A stretch of DNA of 64,000 nt from assembly GCF_036588685.1 (NCBI RefSeq), contig NC_086379.1:55924001-55988000 (forward strand), given 5' to 3'. The stretch comes from Mytilus trossulus (taxonomy: Eukaryota). Every line of letters starts with the position of its first letter. Within the stretch, counting starts at the first letter, position 1. Of the stretch, positions 1 through 18,879 are shown piece by piece. Made by a program: the position numbers and the translations under genes. The notes beneath the pieces are model-generated. The model made no database searches, had not been told where the DNA came from, and saw only the letters and a list, made by a program, of their open reading frames with translations.

Positions 1-79
1 TGAAGCATGACTGGAGCAAGCCCCCCTTAGGTCAGTCAGAGGCCCCCCCCCCTTAGGGAAAGTTCTGGATCCGCCACTG
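1..79. mobile_element. End of a GC-rich MITE (CTGGATCCGCCACTG terminus); related copies at ~1215-1378 and ~3997-4181
   Basis: Shares TGAAGCATGA...CCCC..TTAGG...TTCTGGATCCGCCACTGA with 4106-4182. Confidence 0.6.
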
Positions 80-3000
80 AAAATAACACTCTTTTCCGAG
101 GTTTTTAAGTAATACAGTTCATTGTACATTGTGTTTTTAAAATTGGGATAATAATTTAGGATTGTTGTTTGTCTGTTTTTAATAAAAAAAAAATTAATCT
201 GGTTTTATTTTGTTGCTAGGAATAGGCCATGGTAGGAAATCTGGAATCCTTCCATTTTTGTAAGATTCAAAGACAGACCTTCAAACTTAAAATCAGAAAC
301 ATTCTTTATGTTTAAAGAAACCTATGAGACAACAAATGAACGTAAGGGTCATCAGTTTCAAAAACAATTTTAAACCAAATATGTCATACATGTACCTGAC
401 TTTTCAATACGCTTTAACAGTAACTAAAATGACATAAATTTCAACTGCTTTGAGCAGAATATTACTGATAAAACTACAAGTACTTTAAAATAAATAGTAA
501 ATTTTCTTCAACACTGTCTGCATTAACCAAACAATTTTTATGACTGTATGAATAATGAGCATTTAACCGTTTTGTTTAAATCAATATTTTGGCTGATCAA
601 ACCTTAGTAAAACAGAAACAAATAGTCTAATCTATGAATTATAATCATTTTTTAATTTCACAGTTAATGCACTGTTAGATGGAAACAACATAACAATGTG
701 ATATAACTTGTTTCAGATCAATTATTGAAGGTTTCGCTTTTAAAGTCATCAATGGAAGTAAATGAGAAATACATTAACTGTCATATGAATATTACCATAC
801 TTAGTACTAAGTATAAAGTACCGGTACATGTATTCCCAGACATGACAAGAAAATAATTAACCGACAAATGTATGCTCACACCAAATAAACCTCACTTTAA
901 TACTTAATTTCAGTAATGTTAAGGTTTTTGGATAATGGAAAATGTCTATTATAATATAGTTTGGACTCAGTAAATAGCTCATTACTGCAAAGAACTTATC
1001 ATCTGAAATTGTGGAGAGAATTTCTGAAATCACAAAATGTATAACAAAGTTAGTACAACATGGTTCGAATAAAGTTGTTTATCATAAAAATTGTCCAGTA
1101 AAATTCTACTGACTTTCATTTTCACTTGGCTTATTATAAGAGCTGAGCACCACACCACAAAAACAATAAGTTAGCTATCGTCAGTCATGTCTGTTGTTCT
1201 TAAAAATAATACCACATAGTGGATCCAGCCATTTTAAAAAAGGGGGTTCCCAACCCAGGACAAAAGGGGGGGAATAGTTCCAACTATATGTCCTCATTCA
1301 AATGCATTCATCAGACAAAAAAGGGGGTTCCCCCCCCCCCCCCTCCTCCCCCCCAAACCCTCCTTGGATCCGCCAATGTATAATATGGTAATATTGCAAA
1401 TGAGACAACTATCCAACAGTGTTATATGGGCAATTGGATGACTTGAACTTCAATTTTATCAAACATTTTACTGTGGATTCATTTGAATATTTGATTAAGA
1501 AGTTTTTTAAAGTTTTCCTTCAAGCCTATTTCTCTCTTATATTTTTAGTAGAGCTGCTATCAAATACTTTTTTAAATAGCATCAACTTTATTGAACAACA
1601 TAATCTTATTTAGTGGAATAAATATTATAATGTACTTCCTGTTGGAATGTACCAGGGAAGGCACAAGGACATTGCTTAAATATTGTCTTTTTTCTAGCTC
1701 TAAATTCAATTTGCAACATTAAAATCCAAGATTAATGTCTGCAAAACTTCAAATTAATACATTGCAGAACTTTATCTCTTAATTCTGCTTAAATCTTCTG
1801 AAATCTTGAAATCAATATAATTAAAACCTTAATTGTTTAAAATTAACACCCTCAAGATAAGCAAGGATTATTAACATTAAACAAATTTGCACATAATTTA
1901 ATCATATAACCCTCCCTTTTCATTCAAATGCTAAAAGTTGTTTCTTTGTAAATATTTTAAAATCTAATGTGTTACTATAAATGAAATTACATTGTAGATA
2001 TCAAGGTAATCTTTTGATATTTTCATGACAAAAAATTCAATACTATATGCTATAAATCAATAGAAGCTAAATGAAATCATAATCTAGTTTTGTCCTGTTT
2101 AAATCCTTTTGACGAAAGTACTTTTAAACATATCAAATTAATAAGACAGTTATTTTAACTTAAACAGTTTATAGTTGAATTCAATAATTGAAATGCATGA
2201 CAATTGAGATAATACAATTTTCTTAAACTAAACAGTTAGTTTAAATATTGAACTACAAAGAATTGAAATATAAATCGTAACAGAATAACTTTAAATGACC
2301 AGTGAAGCAATCATGTCTGACAATGCTAAATTCAATGTCGCTTTACCTATAGATTAATCTACTAGGGCAACGGCCTTATGGGTAGAATGTTGTCATGGTA
2401 CTAAGTATTGTTGATAGGGTATACCGGACGTAGAAGTTTTAAAGGTAGATTTAGGTGGCTGTCACTTTATACCATTACATTCACAAGTGGTAAGTTGATT
2501 CTTATTGTTGTTTATAGATGAGGTGGCACATTTGAACTTTGTTTCCAATATTCTTTCATTTAATATTATCGTTAATCAAATTATCACTTCAAGAGAAATA
2601 CAATTCAATTTCAATCGGACCATTCCTCTCCATTAGACAATCTCCATTTGCTGATCTTATACAAGTTAATTGGTCAATTAGAATAATTTTCACCAATAAT
2701 GATATTGATTATCTGTTTGTCAATAAATCAACAATTGTCTGTTAAAATCTTAACTGATAAAATCAAGTATAAATATTTAAACACATCTTTTTATTTACGA
2801 GATCTTCTACTATTTTATGTACTCGAAGTCCCAATCACGAACAAATGTTTACCATAAGAAAGCTATTCAAACATTAAGAAGATAATTCTTGATAATTATC
2901 ACCCTTTAAAATCCATTTAATCCGCACATTATGTGTATTGGCAACTAAGAAGACTGTTAAATATCATTTGGCATAGTGCAATATCCCTTGTTTTTATCGT

Positions 3001-3584
3001 CCATTTTAACATATTTTGCATGTTTTACATGCACAATTATCTTGATATTCTGACTTAAAAATACTCTACATGTTCATTTTTGTCACACTTATTCAAAAGT
3101 CCATAATTCTTCACTTTTACTTCCCTAATTCAAATATACATCAATTGCAACATGTGATAGTTGTACATGCACAATTCAATGCTGCACTAAATGTTTTTGA
3201 AGCCATTTATACATGTACATGTATGCATAGACAAAGCTTTTTCACAACCACTTTAGAGTATGACCAATGAAAAAAAATCTGTTTTAAAATTGTTAAAATA
3301 TTCTTGTGATGGAGGAGTTTTCAGTTATAATTTTGCTCCACAGACATTGTACATGTATGTAGAACAAAATTCAAAATTGGTATTGACCTTGAGAAATCCC
3401 ATCAGAGAGAAATCCCATTCTGATGGGATTAAAGAGAAATACTACAGCATGTACAAAGTATATTCCCTGGGTAATGAAGTGGGTACCTGACACCTATAAT
3501 TCCCTACAGCATAGATATTTATAAGACATCAAGTGTATTTACACTCTACTACCACGGTCAAGGTCATTAAAAACTTCTGCTTAC

Positions 3585-6500
3585 CTGTTTTTCATTCCCT
3601 GAAGCTAGTCCATGTGCCAGATGAGCTGTAAATGTACTTTTCCCAACACCTCCTTTTCCAGATAAAACTATGACTTTATGTTTCACAGATGATAGTCTTT
3701 TCTTGATTTCCCCCACATCTAAATATAATATGATGAAATTGACATGCAAAGAAAATTTAAAGACTTATGTTGATTAAAACTATAAAAAATATGTTTTCTT
3801 TATCACTACTTTTCTACCCCAATTTTTAAACTTCATGTACATGATGCAATATCATTTAAATGTGATATTTTCATTGATTAAAATACACAAGGAACATATC
3901 CATAATATAAAAGTTGAAAAACAATTTCAAGTTCTGCATGAGTATTGGACAGTACAATGTACAAAAATTAAATTTCTTCCATTTTTAGTTTTATTGCAGT
4001 CTCATGCGCCTTTACCTCCAGAGGCAAAATAAGAGTGGGCCCAGGAGGCCAGGCCTCCCCTTTTGTAGAAAAAATTTGGTTGATTATACATTTAAAGGGA
4101 ATCACTGAAGCATGAATGGAGTTGGCCCCCTCTTAGGCAGGTGGTGGGCCCCCATTATGAAAATTTCTGGATCCGCCACTGACCTCGTATCTATCATTGC
4201 TATAACCAATTCTGATTTCTAGGTTCAAATATCAACTGTTAAAATAGGGCTTGTAATGTTTACAGATAGAATAGACCAGAAAAAAAGAATTTGGTTCTTA
4301 TAAAAATTGTGATTCTATCAAATTTGACACTTTAGAGTGCATCATATAGATATAGGAAGATGTGGTGTGAGTGCCAATGAGACAACTCTCCATCATGTAT
4401 GTTTATCACCATGTGAATCCATTATCTTGATAACTTGCTAACCAAAGGAAGAGTTCTACCTTTTTGTTACATTAGTTTGATTTCTGATAAAACAAATTTG
4501 AAGGCGAACCAATGATAAATTTGATAAAGAAAATGGCTTGAAAATTGGAGAGAAAATAACAGTTTTTGTATTTGTACACATTAAATGGACCACATACTAC
4601 ATTGTACACTTAAACGTTCGCTCAAAACTCCCTAAGTACATGTACATGTCATTGTACTTCTAAACACCTTATTCAAAATACAAATGTTTTTTGCCTTTAC
4701 AGTATCTTTAAAAGTTCTGCAGTATGTAAATTTATGTGTATAAAAATTGATTAATCCTTAATGCCACCAGTGGACTAAGTGTAACTTTTTGATGATAAAA
4801 TCTGTTTATTCTAATTGCAATAATTTTGAAGAAAAATAATCCCTTATGCCTTTTTTATATGATTTCTTTTTTCTTTTTTTACAAACCTTTCAACACAATT
4901 TCAATATCATAGCCAGAACAATAAATGTACAATGTAAAGGTCTGAAAACAATACAAATTTAAACACAATGTGACAAGACAGTATGTTTAACCCCAGTTTT
5001 TGTTCTTATGAACTCATCAGTTATACAGACATACAATTAATACAATGTTACATATATCATTTATCTAAAATAATTACCTTTATCTGGTCCCTTTGGTAAG
5101 CTGCTGGCACAAATGGACTGGTTTGGACAACCTGAACATGCATCAACTTTACCAGCTGTTTCACTCTTTGTTCCAGGACAATCTGAAATCAGGTTGAAAT
5201 AGATAGGTTTTTTTACAACAAGAAGTTAACTGTTCAAAGGCATAGAAATATCCACAGCCTGCATTGCAGTAATATTTCATTTTTTTTTTCATTCATCTTA
5301 CAATTGACATGGCCAATTATTCATTAATATACATGTTAATAGTGGATGATCACTGTCATAAAAGGGAATCTGATTAAAAAATATACAATTAGGCACTAAA
5401 AAATGCAAATAACATTCTGATTCATACAAATTAAGTAAGAAAAGGACTTTAGTACATTAACCTTTAAAATCTATCCATTGTCTATAAAACATCCATCTTA
5501 ATTCATATCAATATCCTTATCAAATTTCTTCTACAGAATATTTAAGATTTCAATAAATACATCTAAAACATTGAGAACTGCAATTCCTGAAAAGTGCCAT
5601 GCTCTCTGCAAGGATAAATTCTTGTTGCGATTTAAAAATCTCAGAACCCTTTTAAAACTTATTTATTCAATGATGCAGGTACCTGCAACTTGACATTAAA
5701 AAGCAAACATCACATAATATGGTATACTCAATAACTATTTTTTTTTAATTTCTGGCTAAATTTGAACCAAACAAGTGAATTAGCCCATCCAATGCTTGCC
5801 AAATATCAGACCTACCAACTATCCCAATTTATGGGGGGAATATCTACCATACATGCCATAAGAGGACTCAACCTAAATTTTGAAATACTTTACATGTATT
5901 TTATAACTTGAACACCTCAAAACAGGTATTTACATTTAAATGAGGTAGATTCAATGGTACATGTATCTAAGCACTTTCATATTCATTCAAACAATATAGT
6001 AGTAGAATTAACACACTTATGACAATAACAGAGGAGCATGAAATCCTCTTTTGCTTATAATCCCCCATGGAGATTTTGAAAAGTTGGCAGGTTAAAATAT
6101 GGAAAAACAAGAAGACCATTGTCATGTCTATAATCTCAGAACATCTGTCACAATCCAAGTCATTTAAAATCTCAAAAGCATGGTGTATTAGTGATGAAAA
6201 CATGTTACATAAACTCATAGGAAAAAATATTTTCAAAAATCCATTCATTTTGGTATTTTTTTGGTTTAATGAATAAGTATTTAAATATAAAATATATATA
6301 TAAATTAAATATTAAATATTTAACATCTTCAGATATGAAATCATATTTAAAATCTCTCATCTCCTAATGTGTGTGTAATTGATTCATGTTTAAACTGACT
6401 TTTCTTTTGTTGTATTTATACCCAAAGATGTAATACCAGAAAATTGGGGTTTATTTGGTTGTTTTTTTTTTGCCTTATTACATAGTACATGTACTAATTT

Positions 6501-6910
6501 TTTTTAATGTCATCATGTATATCCCATAATAACTATAAAAAAATAAAAACAATAGTTCGTCTAAGAAAAAGATTAATTTATCACCTTCTCTCTAGATAAC
6601 GCAATCAAGATATTAATTAACTTAACAGGTAATGACACAGAAGAAATCAATATGTTTAACGGTGTATGAAAGGTGTTTCTAAGGACAAATAATTTTGTAT
6701 TCAGTGATCACTTAAAACCGAGACGCAGTTACAGGTAGCCGGATATTCTATATGGAAAGTTGCTTGATAGTGTAAAATAAGTTATTCACAAATCGTAAGT
6801 TAGTTACAAAATGTATCTATATTCTTAATCGCATGCCAGTGATTACTTTATTGGGGAAAAGAACATTTTTATCACTCACGTTGTGGTGCATTGTCAGGAA
6901 CGTCAGCCAT
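3585..6910 (-). CDS. NUBP1: Cytosolic Fe-S cluster assembly factor NUBP1 (Nbp35), first 3 coding exons; gene continues beyond the left edge of the window
   Basis: Exons 6880-6910, 5078-5182, 3585-3718, GT-AG with consistent phases. Translation [38 protein letters not shown]...[27 protein letters not shown] shows the N-terminal 4-Cys motif diagnostic of Nbp35/NUBP1 plus the deviant Walker A. No exon 4 (DICGPS) was found in 1-3584. Confidence 0.93.
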
Positions 6911-8391
6911 ATTGTTTACAAATTATCTCCCTTAGATTTATGACACGCCCACAAAGGTGCATTTCGGGAAGTCGCTAAAACAAAAGTTAGAAAGCGCTTT
7001 TTTTCAAAGTAAACATTAACTTTTCAAGAATGCCAGGGGACTTGCTTACAGCCTCATTTCCGTGTGATGCTTGTCGGTGTGCCAAACTTTACTCTGGAAA
7101 TGGTAAGAATATTTCAATCAAACTCGTCGTTTTCGATTTTAGTCTCTGATTTTATTTTGCCAAAGTCATCATCTGTATTTTCTTGGACTATCGTTCTAGA
7201 GTAAAAATGTATAATATGTTCTGGATATTTTGATATGTATTTTAATTTAAAAAGCAAGAGAATGTATGTATTTGGTAAAAATATGTATCTTTATACTTTT
7301 TTTTAATCTTTTTTTCCCTTTCAAACTACACCTTTACATCTTACATAGTAATGCGCTACTGTCGCTCTTGTCCTTATATCTGGGACTATTAGTATAATAT
7401 TCCCCGTCCTTTTTGTGTTATTTTTATGTATTTTTATGTATTTTTATTGTCTGCATCTTTATCTTAATTCTATTTCAAAATTCGACACCCTTGAATATAC
7501 AGAGTTCCTAAAGTTTGAATCTAAAAAAAATCATCCAAGACTTAAAACAATACAGCGTACATATTTAGGCAATATAATATGCGCAGATTGGAATGCAGGA
7601 TTGCTTCTAATGTATTCTTTCCATTTAAAGACACAAGGCACAAAAAAAGAAAGTTTTTATTTCAAAGTATTATAAATGCGTAGGGAATTTAACCTAAACC
7701 AGGGACGTATATAGAGTAATATAAGTCCTTGCCTAAACTATCCATTTCAGAAAATTAAAAATAATATCTCAATAATTAGTAATTTATTTTCTATAGAGTT
7801 GATCTTGGTAACAACTTCCATTAATAAACCATATATTTAAGGAATTTCAAATTTCTAAACATAGAATTCCTTGCAAATACATACGAAAACTGTGTTATTA
7901 ATTTTGTGTAAAAACAACTTTCTGAAGTAATCGGTGTTATCATGTTGATTATAAATGGATCGTGGGTAAATATTTATAGCTGCACGTCTGAAACAAATTC
8001 TCTTAGTTCAAAGTTTGAATCTCCAGTAACAATATATTGCGTGCTTTCTGAAGATTCGAGATTTTTTTATTCATATAATTAAACAACCAGGCGCTGCATG
8101 TCGTATCACCGGTGGTTATTGTTTAAAGGATAATTAAAGTTATAATCGGATGTGAAGCAATTAAAACAAAACCATTTAAAAATAACAGTTGATAAAAAAA
8201 AAAACTATAGATATGAAATTACATGTAAACGTAGACCTGTAACATTATATTTTCAAATAAGCGTGATCTGATTACAGCACATTATTTAGTTATTAACACA
8301 TATAGATTTTTATATGACATTATTATTTGACCCTTGTCGGGCTAGTCAACCGTATTTCGATCGATAGTGCACCAGAGCACTTTCCTTCCTC

Positions 8392-8544
8392 GTTGCTTGG
8401 TGTCTCTAAGCAGCGATAGACTAGTAAACATTGACTATTTCAATTTGTATGTGGCCATTTAAATTCAACGAGGATTAGCAATTATTAAAATTTATCAATT
8501 TTAATATCACACAAGTCTGTGGTGTCTGGTCCGATTCACATCAG
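8392..8544 (+). promoter_or_regulatory. Candidate tektin promoter / 5' UTR exon with RFX-like and forkhead motifs
   Basis: GTTGCTTGGTGTC and GTCTCTAAGCAGC (X-box-like), GTAAACA at 8424-8430, donor CAG|GTATTT at 8544; acceptor at 9605 just before the ATG. Confidence 0.4.
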
Positions 8545-9634
8545 GTATTTATTAATTGAATAATTTAAAGATAGTATATGAATTAAATTTTATTTATTTT
8601 AAAAGTTTATCTATTAACAAAATATTACATGTTGACTTGCAGTCTATATTATAGATATTATTTGCACCTCATGATATTTTTTTCTTTGATACTTTTTAAC
8701 ACTGCAAGAATTTTAAAGCAAATACTTCATATATGTTGTGTGAAATCAGTGAAATCAAAATTTCCACTGAAAGAGGGAATACCTCCAACCAATTTACTCA
8801 AGAAACCTTAATATTGTAATAGTAAATGACCTTAAAGAGGGGGCGTAGTTCCACGTGTTTTTATTTTTTGTTTAACTTTAGCCAGAGACTTATAATAAAT
8901 TTGTATTATATGTTATATTACTCTGATTTAGCTGATGCTATCATAAAACCACGTTGACTGAGCAAACATGTATGCATCCGACAACTTTCAGTCGATTGCA
9001 TATTGTTCAAGCACATAGTCATTGCATGTACTTTATGTTAGTTAATGATGACTGTATAAAAACTGATACACAGGAGCTAGTCTGTTTTAGCATATTTCGT
9101 TTAATAGTCTAGGTTCTGTTATTATGTACTGGGACAGTCAAGTTTAAATGAAATCTCAGCCTTACAATCCAACTTTATGCATCCAAAAAACGTTGAAGAA
9201 AATTCATTCCTATTGAATCAAATTATATATCACAGGCATATCTTCAGAATGAAAAAAAACATGAACCAAGCTACAAATATATATGTCTACATTTCTGATG
9301 TGTCGTTTTGAGTACAGTCCTTTTTACGTCAGTTCAATCCATTTAAAGACAAAAGTTTTAAGACTTTAAAGGGTTAGGACTCACGAACAATTCAGTCAAA
9401 ATAGACAAAAACACTGTATTTCAATAAGATTCAAAGTTGAAACTAACTTTTAAATGGTTTATGATATATGTATAGGCATTACAGCTGATTTGCGATATTT
9501 AACTTTTTCCATAAAAGGACAGTTTTCCCAGATTATTTCATGTTTTGGTAATGTTCTTATGTGTTAATTTTCAGTTCATAAATTTCTACACTTTTATGTT
9601 TTCAGAAGCCGTACCTATATTTAGACCTCCCAAG

Positions 9635-15214
<5,580 letters not shown>

Positions 15215-15969
15215 GAACAGTTTAGACAGTCAATCAAAAGAATTACAAATGAAAATCTTGCACGTTATTTATGGATAAAAAAATATATCAGTATTTGAAA
15301 TACACATTTAAATAAAGTTTATGTCGGTCCTGAATCAGTATTACTGCTAACATAGATACTGTGATAATGTATGCATTGGAATTTGTTGATGAGCAATTTT
15401 GTTATGTATATGTGTCTATCATTGTTAATTTTTTTTCTGTTTCTTTTGCATAATATGGTTATTTCTTTCTTTCTTTCTATCATTTGTATTTTGCCGATCT
15501 ATTTGATAATGGTTCTTCTTGTACCATTAAAAGCTAAAATATATTTTCTAGATAAGAAACAATTGAGCATCAGATGCTTTTGTACATATATATAGAATAT
15601 CCATCTGTGATACTTAGTATATTTATTTCTGAATATAGCTATATTACCTGTCAGTATTTGCACTTGTGTGATAAATCAATGTTAATAAAATGCATAGTGC
15701 TTGTTTAATTAAACTTCATTTAAATGCTTTCTTATTTATTATTATGTCATACTATATGTTGTCATCATATTAATGTTTGCTCAAAACCGTTTTTGTAAAG
15801 GTTGAACACTTTGAAAAATAAAATGGATGCTGTGATTTCGTGTTCCTATTTGTAACTTGTGGCTAATTGTTTGCAGTACAAAACGAAAACAAATAATATC
15901 TATAGCAATTCTTAACACACAAAAGAGATACTGTATTGTTGAATTTAATCTTAGAATATCTTTATTTAT

Positions 15970-17830
15970 TAGCGAAAAAAGTAAAATTACAAAACTATTG
16001 ACTGACTCCTATGAAAATCAAAACGGAAAGTCCCTAAACAAATCGCAAAATCAAAAGGTCAAACACATCAAATGAATGGGTAACTACTGTCATATAACTA
16101 ACTTGGTACAGGCATTTTCTAATTTAGAAAATGGTGGATTGAACCTGATTTTATAGCTCGCTAAACCTCTCACTTGTATGACAGTCGCATCAAGTTCTAT
16201 CATATTGACAACGATGCGTGAACAAAACAAACAAACATTATAGGTAAAAATGTCAAACATAGGGGTACAGTAGTCAACATTGTATTATAATCTTGATCAC
16301 TAAAAAAAAACCACACAAACAAATATGTAACAAAGAAGTACAAAATGGAATATAGACCAAACATATTAAAAAAAATATAAAGACCATAATACACAAATTC
16401 ACTCTTGGTACAATTACTCAATGAAGAGATGTATAAGTACAGAGCCACGTCGTTGATGTATCAAAGAAACATAAAACGGCATACTGGTATAGACAAAACA
16501 CATTGGTTAATACCATTACAAGTGGATGATGTTCCCCGAAGTCGGTTGAAGACAAAACTTTACGACAAAAGAGGTGATTTCAGCTTTCCAATTGTGAACT
16601 TTCCATTTCTAAGTAGCAACATTCCAGCAGCACCTGCATACTGCATATCTCCCAAATGATACGATATTCCCGTGCTTGCATTTCCTATCATGATTTTCTT
16701 GATAGAGGGTTACTGCTTACAAGGAAGCTATTAAACCAAGAGTTCCAAATGGTGAAGTTGAAATCATCCCTTCGTAAATTTTACGGACGCCATCACGAGT
16801 TTGTTTACCGTTATGGAATAACCGTTTCACAAATGATATCGGATATGTTCCTTACGTCGTAACTACAATCCCCTTCCCTTTCATGAATTTGACCTACCGA
16901 ATTAGACTATTTACCGGATGTGTAATCACATAAGGTAGCACTCCACAGTTAGGTGTGTAGTTTCGCATTTTGGCCCCTGTGGATTTTTTAAATATGAGAG
17001 CTAGTGTGCAATAAAATTCATTTTTGGATAGCTGAGTATTAAAATAGCCTTTGTATTGGGTTTATATGAACATCAAGGTTATGTAATGTATGTAATATAG
17101 GCTGTTTTCTGTATGACAGTCCGTATTTGCATGTCCATACCATACATTGGTCCGGCAATTATTATAATGTTTTTTTCCAACTTTTTATCGCACGAACTTT
17201 GTGATTGGATTTTACGAAAAAATGAGGCGAAAGACACCCATTTTTTATTTGATCATTAGGAAGATTTAAGAAAACAGTTTCTAAAAAGGTATCACTCAAA
17301 GGCATTGAAATTCTAGTTTGATCCAAATTTTGGGGGGATATATGACATGTTCACCCCCCTTTTTGCAATATTTTATGGTAAATAAATGCTGAATGTTGCC
17401 ATGGATACACATAAAAGGAATTAATTTTCACCCTTTTAACTTTGGAAAATTTAATCTATGGAAGATACTGATTACATACATATGCACATGTACAACACAA
17501 ACAGTTAGGTTAATGTATTAGAAATCCAGGAATAGGAGATGATAAAACATTTTGGGGCTCATTTTTAATTTTATTTTCTAACTGTGGAGTGCTACCTAAG
17601 CAACACGACGGGTGCTGCATGTGGAGCAGGATCTGCTTACCCTTCCGGAGCACATGAGATCACCCCTAGTTTTTGGTGGGGTTCGTGTTGTTTATTTTTT
17701 AATTTTCTATGTTGTGTCATGTGTACTATTGTTTTTCTGTTTGTCTTTTTCATTTTTAGCCATGGCGTTGTCAGTTTGTTTTAGATTTACGAGTTTGACT
17801 GTCCCTTTGGTATCTTTCGTCCCTCTTTTT
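15970..17830 (+). mobile_element. Penelope-like retroelement relic (RT C-terminal fragment plus 3' tail), interrupted by a MITE
   Basis: Frameshifted translation RLKTKLYDKRGDFSFPIVNFPFLSSNIPAAPAY / IRYSRACISYHDFLDRGLLLTRKLLNQ...KFYGRHH. The tail 17600-17830 recurs at 27165-27370. Confidence 0.7.
16934..17596. mobile_element. PIF/Harbinger-type MITE, 663 bp
   Basis: Perfect 19-bp TIR GGTAGCACTCCACAGTTAG, with TAA target-site duplication on both sides. Confidence 0.85.
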
Positions 17831-17994
17831 TTAACATCATTTCAGTAGTCAATAAATAACATACTGTTCTTTAAATACTCTGTTGATATAATAAGAAACT
17901 ATATCTTTATCCCTAAGGCAATGTTGAAAGTAGACGAATTTGAATATTCTATTTATTTCCCTTTTGGTCATATCACTCCTCATGTATCTATATA

Positions 17995-18414
17995 TAGTTA
18001 TCAAAGGTACCAGGATTATAATTTAGTACGCCAGACGCACGTTTCGTCTACATAAGACTCATCAGTGACGCTCATATCAAAATATTTATAAAGCTTAACA
18101 AGTACAAAGTTGAAGAGCATTGAGGATCCAAAATTCCAAAATGTTGTGCCAAATACGGCTAAGGTAATCTATGCCTGGGATAAGAAAATCCTTAGTTTTT
18201 CGAAAAAATCATTTTTTTTTGTAACAGGAAACTTATCAAAATGACCACATTATTGATATTCATGTCAACACCGAAGTGTTGACTACTAGGCTGGTGATAC
18301 CCTCGGGGACGAAACGTCCACCAGCACTGGTAACGACCCAGTGGTGTAAATAGTTATCAAAGGTACCAGAATTATAACTTAGTACGCCAGACGCACGTTT
18401 CGTCTACATAAGAC
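17995..18414 (-). mobile_element. Non-LTR retrozyme-like element (~356-nt unit plus partial second copy)
   Basis: Direct repeat TAGTTATCAAAGGTACC at 17995 and 18351. One full and one 5'-truncated hammerhead. C(UUCG)G hairpin on the same strand. (AT)n flanks. Confidence 0.8.
18028..18071 (-). ncRNA. Type I hammerhead ribozyme
   Basis: Minus strand reads GCGUCA-CUGAUGA-GUCU(UAUGU)AGAC-GAAA-CGUGCG-UC^UGGCGU. Full catalytic core, helix II, minimal helix III, and helix I GCGUCA/UGGCGU. Confidence 0.88.
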
Positions 18415-18671
18415 ATATATACTTGTTTGTATTTGAGCGTTCATGTTGGTAAATCAAGAAAAGTGCTCAGAACGCACGACTATAGAAAAAGGCGGGCGAT
18501 ACCAAAGGGACAGACTGAATTCAAAAGTCGAGGAAAACAGACAACGCTGACAAAAAAAGAACAACAAAAAATTAAAAAAAAACAAAAAAAACAACAACTA
18601 AAAAACCGAAATTCCAAAATGCACTTTAGTCAATGCGATATGAACCCACAAACACAGAGGATGAAACCCTT

Positions 18672-18879
18672 CTGTGGATTCATTATCATTGGTTGGATAC
18701 CAATTTTCGTGGTTTTTGTGGGTACAGGTGAACAACGAATTCAAATGTTAAACGAAGTACAAATTTTCTATCAGGTCGTTTGCAGATTTTCGCAAAATCA
18801 CGAAATTAAATATCCACGAAAAGACAAATTTTCCGAAATCCACGAAAATTAGTACCCACGAAAATAAATGAATCCACAG
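18672..18879. mobile_element. Tc1/mariner-like MITE
   Basis: TIR CTGTGGATTCATT / AATGAATCCACAG with internal CACGAAAA repeats. Confidence 0.65.

Noticed and set aside
9545-9634. N-terminal extension of tektin given by the ORF track
   Set aside because: It runs through a polypyrimidine tract and the acceptor at 9605; homology begins at the ATG at 9635.
16405-16862. Two ORFs as a host gene
   Set aside because: Frameshifted Penelope-like RT fragment; a second decayed copy occurs at ~22330.
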